Shown piece after piece: positions 55,305-64,000 of a stretch of DNA of 64,000 nucleotides. The notes beneath the pieces were generated by a model. The model had not been told where the DNA came from, did not search any database, and was given only the letters and a program-made list of their open reading frames with translations. Source of the stretch: an uncultured Thermoleophilia bacterium. Its GTDB lineage: Bacteria; Actinomycetota; Thermoleophilia; UBA2241. The stretch spans positions 1 to 64,000 of the forward strand of contig CAVPCT010000006.1 in NCBI GenBank assembly GCA_963702475.1. Reading direction: 5' to 3'. Position 1 is the first letter of the stretch, and every line of letters starts with the position of its first letter. The position numbers and the translations under genes are program-made.

Positions 55305-57574
55305 TCGAGTTCGTCATCCACGGCCGCGGCGGCCGCGGCGGCGTCACACTCGCCAAGCTCATCGCCGGCGCGTACTACCGTCGCGGCCTGCACGTCCAGG
55401 CCTTCGGCATCTACGGCGCCGAGCGCACCGGGGCGCCGGTACAGGCCTTCGTGCGTGTCGACGAAAGCGAGATCGACGTGTACGGCCCCATCTCCACGCC
55501 CGACAACGTGATCATCGTCGACCCTTCGCTGCTGGCCCCCGCGGCGGCCGGCGGGGCGCGCCCCGGCGGGTGGATCGTCGTGAACACGCCGCATGGCCCC
55601 GAGGCGCTGGCCGGCGTGTTTCCCGGGCGCCGGGTGGCGACGGTCGACGCCAACGCGATCGCCGTCGCCAACGGGCTGGGCTCGGCGGCGGTGCCCATCG
55701 TCAACACGGCGCTGCTCGGCGCCGTCGCCCGCGTGCTCGGCTTGGAGGCCGCGGACGCTGAGGGGGCGCTCGCCGCCGCCGGTCTCGGTGGCCCCAATGT
55801 GACGGCGGCGCGGACGGCGTTCGCCCTGGTCGCCGCCGCCCACGAGCCTGGGCAGATCGCACCTCCGGCTTCCCCGGAGCCACACGCGTCCCTCAGCTTC
55901 CTGGACGAGCGCGTGGGAGCCCGGCCCAGCACGCACACGGGCGCCTGGGCCTCCCGGCGGCCGCACGCCCGCGAGCTGCGTCCGCTGTGCAGCGAGGCCT
56001 GTCCCGCCGGCAACGACGTGCGCCGCTTCGTGCAGGCGGCGGCCACCGGAGACGACGACGGGGCTCTGGCGATCCTCCTGGAGACATCACCGTTCCCCGG
56101 TACCTGCGGCCGCGTCTGTCCCGCGCCGTGCATGGTCCTCTGCAACCGCCGTGAGCTCGACGGCGCCGTGGACGTGCGCGACATCGAACGCGCGCTCGCC
56201 GACCGCGCCGCCTGGCCGCGTCCACGGCGCGTGTCCGGCGGCGCCCCCGTAGCCGTGGTGGGCTCGGGGCCGGCGGGGCTCTCGGGTGCGTATCACCTCG
56301 CGCGTCTGGGTCACTGCGTGACCATCCTGGAGGCCGCATCCGAGCTCGGCGGTCTGCTGCGCACGGGCATCCCTGTGTACCGGCTGCCTCGCAGGGTCGT
56401 CGACCGCGAAGTCGCATTCATCCTCGGCCACGGCGTGGAGGCACGCACGGGGCGGAGGGTCGATCGCGCCGCCCTCGAGAGTCTGGCGCGCGAGTATGCC
56501 GCCGTGCTGGTGGCCACGGGGCAGCAGAGCCTGCGGGCCCTGGACATCTCCGCCGCGCCGGCCGGTCTCATTGAGCAGGGTCTCGACTTCCTCACCCGGG
56601 TGCGGAACGGCACCGGGGACCTCAGGGGGGAGACCGTCGTGGTGGCCGGCGGCGGCAACACGGCCATGGACGCCGCCCGCACTGCCCTGCGCCTGGGAGC
56701 GCGCGACGTTCGCGTCGTGTATCGCCGCACGCGCGCCGAGATGCCGGCCATCCCCGAGGAAGTCGACGAAGCGCTGGAGGAAGGCGTCGTCGTCGACGAG
56801 CTGCTGGTACCAGTCGAGCTTTGCGAGCGCGACGGACACAGCGGTCTCGTGTGCCGGCGCATGACGCTCGGTGCCCCGGACGAGAGCGGGCGGCCGCACC
56901 CGGTCGCCGTCGCGGGTGAGGATGCGCTCGTCCTGGTCTCCTGCGATCGGCTGCTGCTCGCCGTCGGCCAGCATGGGGACCTCTCGCTGCTGCCGCCGAC
57001 GACGGAGTCCCCATGCGACCCCGTGTTCGTGGAAGGCGCCGAGGCGCCGGTCTACCTCTGCGGCGATCTCGCCTTCGGCGACGGTACCGTGGCGGCCGCC
57101 GTCGGCAGCGGCCGCCGGGCCGCGCTGGCGATCCATGCCGCGCTCGCCGGCGGCGCGGCTGCGGGAGTTGCAGGGCGACTCACGGACACTGAGCCGGAAG
57201 ACACGTCGCGCGCCGCGGTGCGGGCACAAGACACGCTCCTCGCCGGACCCGACACCGTGCACCTCAGGGCGTTTCCGCCGATCCCCCGGGAGCCGGTCTC
57301 GCTCCTCTCCCCCCGCGCGCGCCGCCGCGGCTTCGCCGAGGTCCGCCGCGGCTTCGAGGGGCGGCCGGGCCACGACCCCGTGAGGGCGGAGGCGGGCCGC
57401 TGTCTCTCGTGCGGCGCCTGCGCGGCCTGCGACCTCTGCCTCATCTCTTGCCCGGAGGGCGTGCTGGAGCGCGCCCCGGGCTGCCCGCCCCAGGCCGACT
57501 ACGACTACTGCAAGGGTTGCGGGCTCTGCGCCGTGGCATGCCCGCGCGGCGTCCTGTTCACCGAGGCGATCTGA
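55301..57574 (+). CDS. Fusion: 2-oxoacid oxidoreductase gamma subunit + GltD-like NAD(P)H flavoprotein + delta-type ferredoxin
   Basis: HGRGG.GG/YGAER.GAPV (PorC); TGAW..RP; C..ACP, GRVCPAPC...CNR, GSGPAG, GGGNTAMD, YRR (GltD); YDYCKGCGLCAVACP (PorD). Confidence 0.88.
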   Translation: MIEFVIHGRGGRGGVTLAKLIAGAYYRRGLHVQAFGIYGAERTGAPVQAFVRVDESEIDVYGPISTPDNVIIVDPSLLAPAAAGGARPGGWIVVNTPHGPEALAGVFPGRRVATVDANAIAVANGLGSAAVPIVNTALLGAVARVLGLEAADAEGALAAAGLGGPNVTAARTAFALVAAAHEPGQIAPPASPEPHASLSFLDERVGARPSTHTGAWASRRPHARELRPLCSEACPAGNDVRRFVQAAATGDDDGALAILLETSPFPGTCGRVCPAPCMVLCNRRELDGAVDVRDIERALADRAAWPRPRRVSGGAPVAVVGSGPAGLSGAYHLARLGHCVTILEAASELGGLLRTGIPVYRLPRRVVDREVAFILGHGVEARTGRRVDRAALESLAREYAAVLVATGQQSLRALDISAAPAGLIEQGLDFLTRVRNGTGDLRGETVVVAGGGNTAMDAARTALRLGARDVRVVYRRTRAEMPAIPEEVDEALEEGVVVDELLVPVELCERDGHSGLVCRRMTLGAPDESGRPHPVAVAGEDALVLVSCDRLLLAVGQHGDLSLLPPTTESPCDPVFVEGAEAPVYLCGDLAFGDGTVAAAVGSGRRAALAIHAALAGGAAAGVAGRLTDTEPEDTSRAAVRAQDTLLAGPDTVHLRAFPPIPREPVSLLSPRARRRGFAEVRRGFEGRPGHDPVRAEAGRCLSCGACAACDLCLISCPEGVLERAPGCPPQADYDYCKGCGLCAVACPRGVLFTEAI

Positions 57575-57585
57575 GGGGGAAGGTC

Positions 57586-58758
57586 ATGCCACGAGCCCTC
57601 CTCACCGGGAACCAGGCCGCGGGGACCATGCTGGCCGCCGCCGGCGAGGCCAACCGCGTCGCCCGCGGCTGCTGCAGCGGCTTGTACCCCATCACGCCGC
57701 AGACGGAGATCATGGAGACGCTCATGGCCTACCCGTTCACCAAGGGCGCCATGGTGCCGGTGGAGTCCGAGCACAGCGCCATGGGCGTCTGCATCGGAGC
57801 GTCCATCGCGGGGGGCCGCGCCTTCACGGCGAGCGCCGCCAACGGGCTGCTCTACATGACCGAGAACGTGTTCGCGGCAGGCTACTACCGCCTGCCCATC
57901 GTGCTCGTCGCCTCCAACCGCACCATCGGCCCGCCCTGGAACATCTGGGTCGACCAGGGAGACAGCCTGGCGCTGCGTGATGCCGCCATGCTGCAGTTCT
58001 ACTGCGAATCGCACCAGGACCTCGTGGATACCATCCTCGTCGCCTTCCGCATCGCCGAGGACCCTCGCGTGCTGCTGCCGGCCCTGGTCGCGCAGGACGG
58101 CTTCGTGCTCTCGCACGCGCTCATGGACCTTGACCTCCCCGACCAGGCCCAGGTCGACGCATACCTCCCGCCGCTCGACCTCCCTCACCGCATCCGCCGC
58201 GACCATCCGCGGATCTACGGCGGCATGACGTGGCCGCGCGACACGATGCGGCAGCGCGCGGAGATCGAGCTCGCCATGCAGACGGTGCCCGAGGTCATGC
58301 GGGAGGCCAACGACGAGTTCGAGCGTGTGTTCGGGCGACGTCCGGCAGACGCCTTCCCGGCGGCGCGCACCGCCGACGCCGAGCTCGTTCTCGTCGCCTG
58401 CAACACCATGGCGCGCACGGCTCTCCACGTGGTCGAGTCACGCCGCGCCCGCGGCGAGCGCGTGGGTCTGGTGCGCGCCCGGCTGTTCCGACCGTTCCTG
58501 CGCGAGGCGTTCGTACGGGCGCTCGGCTCGGCGCGCCGCGTGGCCGTCCTCGACCGCGACCACTCTCCCGGCTCGGGAGGCATCTTCTGGGGCGAGGTGG
58601 CGACCAGCCTCGCGGGGCGTGGCGACGTCCTCGTCCAGGACTACGTGGTGGGACTCGGCGGCACCGACGTCGCGCAGTCGTCGATCGACGCCATCGTCGA
58701 CGACCTCGCTGCGCGCGAGCGGGCCGAACCGCCCGTGTTCTTCGAGGAGGTGCGCTGA
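57586..58758 (+). CDS. porA: 2-oxoacid:acceptor oxidoreductase alpha subunit
   Basis: YPITPQTEI, ESEHSAM, DGFVLSH, LFRPF and GLGG.D motifs. Confidence 0.88.
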   Translation: MPRALLTGNQAAGTMLAAAGEANRVARGCCSGLYPITPQTEIMETLMAYPFTKGAMVPVESEHSAMGVCIGASIAGGRAFTASAANGLLYMTENVFAAGYYRLPIVLVASNRTIGPPWNIWVDQGDSLALRDAAMLQFYCESHQDLVDTILVAFRIAEDPRVLLPALVAQDGFVLSHALMDLDLPDQAQVDAYLPPLDLPHRIRRDHPRIYGGMTWPRDTMRQRAEIELAMQTVPEVMREANDEFERVFGRRPADAFPAARTADAELVLVACNTMARTALHVVESRRARGERVGLVRARLFRPFLREAFVRALGSARRVAVLDRDHSPGSGGIFWGEVATSLAGRGDVLVQDYVVGLGGTDVAQSSIDAIVDDLAARERAEPPVFFEEVR

Positions 58759-59969
58759 TGGCCGAGGACCAGGAGGGTCCCGTCATGGGCGCGGTCGTCA
58801 CGCGCAGCGAGCCGCTCTGGCGCCCCGGCAACAGTGCCTGCGCCGGCTGCGGCATGTCCCTCGGCCTGCAGTGGCTGGACGACGCGCTGCGCGGCGGCAT
58901 GCTCACGCTCGTCGTGCCGGCGTGCTGCGCAGTGGCCACGCCGGGAGCGTTCCCGGACAGCGCCTACGGCGTACCGGCGGTCGGCAGCACGTTCGCCAGC
59001 GCGCCTGCCGTGGCCACCGGCGTCAGCCGCATCCATCTCCTCAACGCCGAGCCTGATCCTACGATCTGCTGGACCGGCGACGGCGGCACCTACGACATCG
59101 GGCTGGCGACGCTTTCGGCGGCGGCCGAGCGCAACGAGGACATCATCTACGTGTGCTACGACAACGAGATCTACGGCAACACCGGCGGTCAGCGCAGCAG
59201 CGCGACCCCCGCCGGCGCGCGTACGACTACCACGCCGGACGGCAAGCGCGAGCCCAAGAAGGACATCATGGCGATCATGGCGGCGCACGGGGTGCCGTAC
59301 GCCGCCACGCTCTCGCTGGCGCACCGCGACGACTTCATGCGCAAGCTGGCCGTGGCGCAGACCACGCGCGGATTCCGCTTTCTCCTGCTGCTCTCGCCGT
59401 GTCCGGCCGGATGGAAATCCGAGCCCGCCGACACCGTGGAGCTCTCCCGGCTCGCCGTCGCCTGCGGCGTCTTCCCGCTCTACGAGGTGTTCAACGGCCG
59501 CCGCTACCGGATCAACGCGCGCGCCGACGGCACCCCGCTTGGGGCCTACTTCGCGCTGCAGAAGAGGTTCACGGGAGCTGCACTCGACGAGCAGGCCATG
59601 CGCCTGGGCATCGAAGAACGCTGGGCGCGGCTCGAGGCGCTGGCTGCGAACTTCCCCACCACCGACCTCTCCGCGGGCCCCGAGACCGGACACCGCTGGC
59701 TGCGCGTGCTGGTAGAGGACAGACCGTCCGTGCTCGCGCACGTCGCCGCCCAGGTCTCGCGCCGCCGCGTCAACATCGAGACGGTGGTCGTCCGCGCGCT
59801 GCCCGATCGGGCGCACACCTACATCTTCCTGGGCATCGACGCCGACGAGCGCACCGCGGAGCGCGTCGCCAAGGGCATCGCCCGCGTCGACGCCGTCATC
59901 GAGGTCGAGTCGTTCGTGGGCGAGTGTCCGGACCAAGCGGCCGCGGCGGGACCCGCCGGCGGCCGGTGA
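58758..59969 (+). CDS. porB: 2-oxoacid:acceptor oxidoreductase beta subunit fused to a C-terminal ACT domain
   Basis: ACAGCG, GDGGTYDIG...YDNEIYGNTGGQ (TPP motif), SPCP.GW; tail LRVLVEDRPSVLAHVA....RRRVNIE. Confidence 0.88.
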   Translation: MAEDQEGPVMGAVVTRSEPLWRPGNSACAGCGMSLGLQWLDDALRGGMLTLVVPACCAVATPGAFPDSAYGVPAVGSTFASAPAVATGVSRIHLLNAEPDPTICWTGDGGTYDIGLATLSAAAERNEDIIYVCYDNEIYGNTGGQRSSATPAGARTTTTPDGKREPKKDIMAIMAAHGVPYAATLSLAHRDDFMRKLAVAQTTRGFRFLLLLSPCPAGWKSEPADTVELSRLAVACGVFPLYEVFNGRRYRINARADGTPLGAYFALQKRFTGAALDEQAMRLGIEERWARLEALAANFPTTDLSAGPETGHRWLRVLVEDRPSVLAHVAAQVSRRRVNIETVVVRALPDRAHTYIFLGIDADERTAERVAKGIARVDAVIEVESFVGECPDQAAAAGPAGGR

Positions 59970-59979
59970 CCGCGAGGGG

Positions 59980-60666
59980 GTGGACGTGACGCTGAACAAG
60001 ATGACCCCGCTCGCCGAGGCCGTCGCCCGGGTCGAGTCCGGCATGACTCTGGCTCTGGCGGGGTTTCTGAGCCAGGGCGTGCCGCTGACCCTGATCAGGG
60101 CGCTGAGAGCGCGCGATGTGCGCGACCTCGAGATCTGGTCCAACGACGGCGGCTACGGCACGGACGGTGTGGTCGAGCTGGTCCTCGCCGGCATGGTCCG
60201 CAGGCTCCACTGCTGCCACATCGGTTACACGCCGGAGCTCGGCAAGGCGGTCGAGGCGGGGCGTTGCGAGCTGGAGTGGGTACCGCAGGGCAACCTCATC
60301 GAGATGCTGCGCTGCGGCGGGGCCGGCCTGGGCGGCTTTCTGACGCCGGTCGGCGTCGGGACCGCCGTGGAGGCCGGCCACGAGGTCGTCGCCGTGGACG
60401 GTGTGCGCTACCTGTGGGAGCGCGCCGTGCGTACCGACGTCTCCTTCGTGCGCGCCCACGCCGGCGACACATACGGCAACCTCTGCTTCCGCGGCACGTC
60501 GCGCAACTACAACACTGTCGTGGCGACGTGTGCCGACTACGTGGTGGCTGAGGTCGAGCACTGCTACAGCATCGGTGAGCTCGACCCTGAGAAGGTCCAC
60601 ACGCCCGGGGTGTTCGTAGACGCCGTCGTGCGCGCTGACGTGACGTACTGCGGGGTGTCCCGATGA
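59980..60666 (+). CDS. Family I CoA-transferase alpha subunit (AtoD/ScoA-like)
   Basis: PQGNL.E.LR.GGAGLGGFLTP.G.GT, D..GNL, RNYN and VHTPG.FVD motifs. Confidence 0.9.
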   Translation: MDVTLNKMTPLAEAVARVESGMTLALAGFLSQGVPLTLIRALRARDVRDLEIWSNDGGYGTDGVVELVLAGMVRRLHCCHIGYTPELGKAVEAGRCELEWVPQGNLIEMLRCGGAGLGGFLTPVGVGTAVEAGHEVVAVDGVRYLWERAVRTDVSFVRAHAGDTYGNLCFRGTSRNYNTVVATCADYVVAEVEHCYSIGELDPEKVHTPGVFVDAVVRADVTYCGVSR

Positions 60667-61334
60667 GCGATTGCCGCTGCGTGATCGCCGCGCGCGCCGC
60701 GCTCGAGCTCGAGGACGGGCAGGTCACGAACCTCGGCGCCGGCATCCCCATGCTGGTCGCCAACTACATCCCCGAGCACATTGACGTCGTCATCCAGGCG
60801 GAGAACGGCATCCTCGGGGTCGGGCCGGTCTCGGCCCCCGGCACTCAGGACCCGGACAGGCGCAACGCAGGCAACCTGTACGTCACGCTCCTCCCGGGTG
60901 GCTGCTATTTCGACACCGCCACGTCGTTTGCCATGATCCGCAGCGGCCGTGTGTCCGCGACGATGCTCGGCACCCTGCAAGTGGACGAAGAAGGGAACAT
61001 CGCCAACTATGAGATGCCGGGGCGCAAGATCGGCATGGGCGGGGCGATGGACCTGGTGGCCGGGGCGCGCACCGTGTACGTGCTCACGGAGCACTGCACG
61101 AAGGAGGGCGCGCCCAAGCTGGTGCGCCGGTGCACGCTGCCGCTCACCGGCGCCGGCGAGTGCGACGTCGTGATCACCGAGCGCGGCGTCTTTCGCCGGT
61201 ACACGGGCCGCGGCTTCGTCCTCGAAGAGGTGGCCCACGGCCACACGCTCGAGGAGATCGCGGCCTGCACCCAGATGGCCCACGCCGTGGCGGACGACGT
61301 GACGCTCGACGCCTACGGCGATCAAGCCACGTAG
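60663..61334 (+). CDS. Family I CoA-transferase beta subunit (AtoA/ScoB-like)
   Basis: NLGAGIP, QAENG (catalytic Glu), GMGGAMDLV and LPLTG motifs; ends TAG. Confidence 0.9.
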   Translation: MSDCRCVIAARAALELEDGQVTNLGAGIPMLVANYIPEHIDVVIQAENGILGVGPVSAPGTQDPDRRNAGNLYVTLLPGGCYFDTATSFAMIRSGRVSATMLGTLQVDEEGNIANYEMPGRKIGMGGAMDLVAGARTVYVLTEHCTKEGAPKLVRRCTLPLTGAGECDVVITERGVFRRYTGRGFVLEEVAHGHTLEEIAACTQMAHAVADDVTLDAYGDQAT

Positions 61335-61469
61335 CGGGCCTGACGTGGGGGGCCGCAGGTACACCCCACACCGACGCGCATCGTTTAGACTGTCCCCACT
61401 TCCCGGGGACCCGGCCCCACAAGGGTGGGTGACCGCGCCGCGCCCGGCAGGATCAAGGAGTCCCGTCTC

Positions 61470-62828
61470 ATGACGTTCATCGACGACAGCCAGCTGGAGA
61501 AGACCCGCGAGCTCTTCGCCAGGTGCCAGGAGGTCATCTCCGGCGGCGAGTCAAGCTACGCCCGCCTCATCGGCACGCGACCTATCGTGATGGAGCGCGG
61601 CGAGGGCGCCTACTTCTTCGACGTCGACGGCAACCGCTACGTGGACTGGTGCATCGGGTACGGGCCCATGATCTTCGGCCACCGGCCCAAGCCGATCCTC
61701 GACGCCATCATCCAGCAGATCGTGCAGGGCGGCATGCTCTACACGTTCCCGCACGAACTGGACTACGAGGTCGGCCGCAAGATCGTGCAGGCCGTGCCGA
61801 GTATCGACCAGGTCCGCTTCGCCAACTCCGGCTCCGAGGCCGTACAGGCCGCCATGCGCCTGGCGCGCGCCTACACCGGCAAGGACAAGATCCTCAAGTG
61901 GGAGGGTGGCTACAACGGCTTCCTCGACAGCGAGGCCTTCTCCCACCAGCCGCCCCTGGACATCGCCGGGTACGAGCGGTTCCCGCGCACCGTCCCCTCC
62001 CTGGGCGGCATCCCCAGCGGCGCCCAGAGTGACGTCATCGTGGGCTGCTTCAACGACCTCGACAGCGCCGAGAAGATCATCAAGCAGCGGCGCGGCGAGC
62101 TTGCCGCCGTCGTCAGCGAGCCCATCCTGGCGGACGCCGGTATCATCCCGCCCGAGGAAGGCTTCCTGGACGGCCTGCGCCGCATCTGCGACGAGAACGG
62201 CGTGCTGCTCATCTTCGACGAGGTCATCACCGGCTTCCGCGTGTCGCTCGGCGGCGCCCAGGAGCTGTACGACGTGACGCCGGACATCACGGTGCTGGCC
62301 AAGGCCATGGGCGGCGGGACGCCCGGCGCGGCGTGCTTCGGCGGCAAGAAGGAGATCATGCAGCTGGAGGCCGACAACGTGGTGCTCCACGGCGGCACCT
62401 ACAGCGGCAACCCGATGGTCCTGGCCGGCGTCAACGCCGCGCTCGATATCCTGATCAACGACCGCGAGCGTGTGTACGGGCATCTCAACGCGATCGCCGA
62501 CGCCATGGTGGGCGGCATGCGCCGGATACTCGCGGAGCACGCGGTGCCGGCGCACATCAACCAGGTGGGCCCGATGTGGCAGGTGTTCTTCGGGCAGGAG
62601 GGCCCGGTCACCCGCTTCCGCCAGGCCCGGGCCAGCGACACGCGCTTCTTCGGCCAGTGGCAGATGGAGTGCCAGGCGCGCGGCGTGTACTTCCACAACT
62701 ACAACTTCGAGCGCTTCTTCGCCTGCACGGCGCACACGCAGGCCGAGGTGGACTACAGCCTCGAGGTCATGGACGAGACCATAAAGCTCGTGAAGACGCG
62801 CATGAGCCTGCTGCCGGCCGGGGTCTGA
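61470..62828 (+). CDS. Class III PLP aminotransferase (GSA-aminomutase-like)
   Basis: DVDGN.Y.D...YGP.IFGH, RFANSGSEA, FDEVITGFR, AKAMGGG and GTYSGNP motifs; AAGGAG RBS. Confidence 0.9.
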   Translation: MTFIDDSQLEKTRELFARCQEVISGGESSYARLIGTRPIVMERGEGAYFFDVDGNRYVDWCIGYGPMIFGHRPKPILDAIIQQIVQGGMLYTFPHELDYEVGRKIVQAVPSIDQVRFANSGSEAVQAAMRLARAYTGKDKILKWEGGYNGFLDSEAFSHQPPLDIAGYERFPRTVPSLGGIPSGAQSDVIVGCFNDLDSAEKIIKQRRGELAAVVSEPILADAGIIPPEEGFLDGLRRICDENGVLLIFDEVITGFRVSLGGAQELYDVTPDITVLAKAMGGGTPGAACFGGKKEIMQLEADNVVLHGGTYSGNPMVLAGVNAALDILINDRERVYGHLNAIADAMVGGMRRILAEHAVPAHINQVGPMWQVFFGQEGPVTRFRQARASDTRFFGQWQMECQARGVYFHNYNFERFFACTAHTQAEVDYSLEVMDETIKLVKTRMSLLPAGV

Positions 62829-62859
62829 CGGCGCGGGACGGGCGAGAGACAGATGGTGT

Positions 62860-62896
62860 GACGCGGACGGGCCGGCTCAGCCGGCCCGTCCGCGTC
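62860..62896. terminator. Long perfect hairpin between convergent genes
   Basis: GACGCGGACGGGCCGGC-TCA-GCCGGCCCGTCCGCGTC (17-bp stem). Confidence 0.75.
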
Positions 62897-62900
62897 CGGG

Positions 62901-63313
62901 TCACTCGACGGGCGCGGCGATCGGGGTGAAACCGTGCTCGGCGAAGTGGGGGTCGAGCCCCAGGTAGTCGTGGATTCCGTGCCGTCGCATCACGGCGAAA
63001 CTGACGCAGTCGACGAGACTCAGCTGTCGCCGGTTGGCGAGCAGGAGCAGGTCGAGGCCATCCTCGGTGGTCGTCCTCCGTGACCCAGAGGACCTCGACC
63101 ATGGGCAGGAGTTCGTCGAACAGGATGCGGACCGCGTCTCATGCCGAGCCGGCGCTGCACCAGCGCCGCCGACTCGAGCACGACGTAGTTGGTGGTGACG
63201 AAGCCGGCGTCCTCGTCGATGCCCCGCCGCCAGATCGGGAACATCGAGCCGTAGCCGGCGTCGTCGGTGTCGAGCAGGGCGAACAGCGCGGAGGTGTCGA
63301 CGAAGACGGTCAC
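62901..63313 (-). pseudogene. vapC: PIN-domain toxin, frameshifted twice
   Basis: VFVDTSA...TTNYVVLE, then ILFDELLPMVEVLWVTEDDH, then LSLVDCVSF.VMR..GI....LD.HF...GF in different frames. Confidence 0.8.
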
Positions 63314-63566
63314 TCGAGGATGGAGTCGGCGAAGTACTCGTCGTGCCGGGCGGAGACGTCGCCGAGGCCGGAGTGGAAGCGCCCGCAGGCGGCAATCGCC
63401 CTGGCCTTCCGCTCCTCCAGCGTGGTGGCCGGAGCCGCCGTGGCCGGGCCATCCGCTCGTCCACCGCCTCGCGGACGACCGCCGAGACGGAGATGTGGCG
63501 CTGCGCCGCTTCTTCCCGCAGCGCCGCAAGCTCCTCGGCGGTGAACTGGATCTGCACGCGTATCAC
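63310..63566 (-). pseudogene. vapB: RHH/CopG antitoxin, frameshifted
   Basis: VIRVQIQFT...LREEA....ISVSAVVREAVD, then in another frame GRFHSGLGDVSARHDEYF; AGGAG RBS; GTGA overlap with vapC. Confidence 0.78.
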
Positions 63567-63582
63567 TGTCGCTCCTGCGGTC

Positions 63583-63612
63583 ATGATGGCAGTTGTACCG
63601 ACTATGATGGCA
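63583..63612. promoter_or_regulatory. Direct-repeat operator of vapBC
   Basis: ATGATGGCA at 63583-63591 and 63604-63612 (21-bp period) just upstream of vapB. Confidence 0.55.
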
Positions 63613-63848
63613 TCCGTCGAGGATGACAATGGGTGCCCGCCCGTGACGCGTCGCGGACCTGGCCCGGCTGGTCCGTCTGTCGCTCGGCCGCGCAGTCCGC
63701 GAGGGCCCCACGCTGCCCGAGGCTCGCCCGTTCTGTATACTGTCCCGACTGTTTCAGCCGAGCGGCGGCGGTCGATGCATCCCCAGGCCCATCGCCCGAG
63801 AACTTATGCGGACGATCGGTGTCGCGCGGCGCCGGCGGAGGTACGAAC

Positions 63849-64000
63849 GTGACCGACGTCTTCCAGCAGATCCTGAACGGCATCAGCCTCGGGAGCACGT
63901 ACGCCCTTCTGGCCCTCGGCCTGGCGATCGTCTTCAGCATCATCGGCCTCGTGAACTTCGCCCACGGCGAGCTCATCACCTTGTGCGGCTACGTGATGCT
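63849..64000 (+). CDS. livH: Branched-chain amino acid ABC transporter permease (partial, runs off window)
   Basis: QQILNGISLGSTYALLALGLAIVFSIIGLVNFAHGE; GGAGG RBS; not in the supplied ORF track. Confidence 0.9.
   Translation, partial: MTDVFQQILNGISLGSTYALLALGLAIVFSIIGLVNFAHGELITLCGYVM

Noticed and set aside
61340-61430. Possible tRNA-Pyl (minus-strand TCTAAA)
   Set aside because: No pairing anticodon stem or cloverleaf; no pylT recognised anywhere in the window.

Overview
Very GC-rich window, probably from an anaerobic actinobacterium (Thermoleophilia-like; inferred from composition, leaderless TAnnnT-N6-start genes and gene content). It is dominated by methylamine, amine and amino-acid catabolism. 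Headline: the two ORFs at 27-956 and 1023-1439 are one trimethylamine methyltransferase (mttB) read through an in-frame TAG (954-956) at the pyrrolysine position. An unannotated, frameshifted remnant of a dimethylamine methyltransferase (mtbB, 6126-6477) starts just after its own Pyl position. Two non-Pyl MttB paralogues carry His or Val at that site, and at least eight other genes still end in TAG. Also present: a MenA1/MenT1-like toxin-antitoxin pair between 75-bp direct repeats; a complete hdrCBA-flxDCBA operon with a Rex-like box; a Geobacter-type PutA with an extra C-terminal ALDH-like domain; a gamma-glutamylation-type amine operon; an atypical transcarbamylase / aguB / ornithine cyclodeaminase / mttB cluster; an ilvE-linked 2-oxoacid oxidoreductase operon with PorC-GltD-PorD and PorB-ACT fusions; and several gene remnants. 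No rRNA, tRNA (including pylT), CRISPR array, transposase or integrase was recognised. All family assignments come from motif recognition by eye, not database searches.
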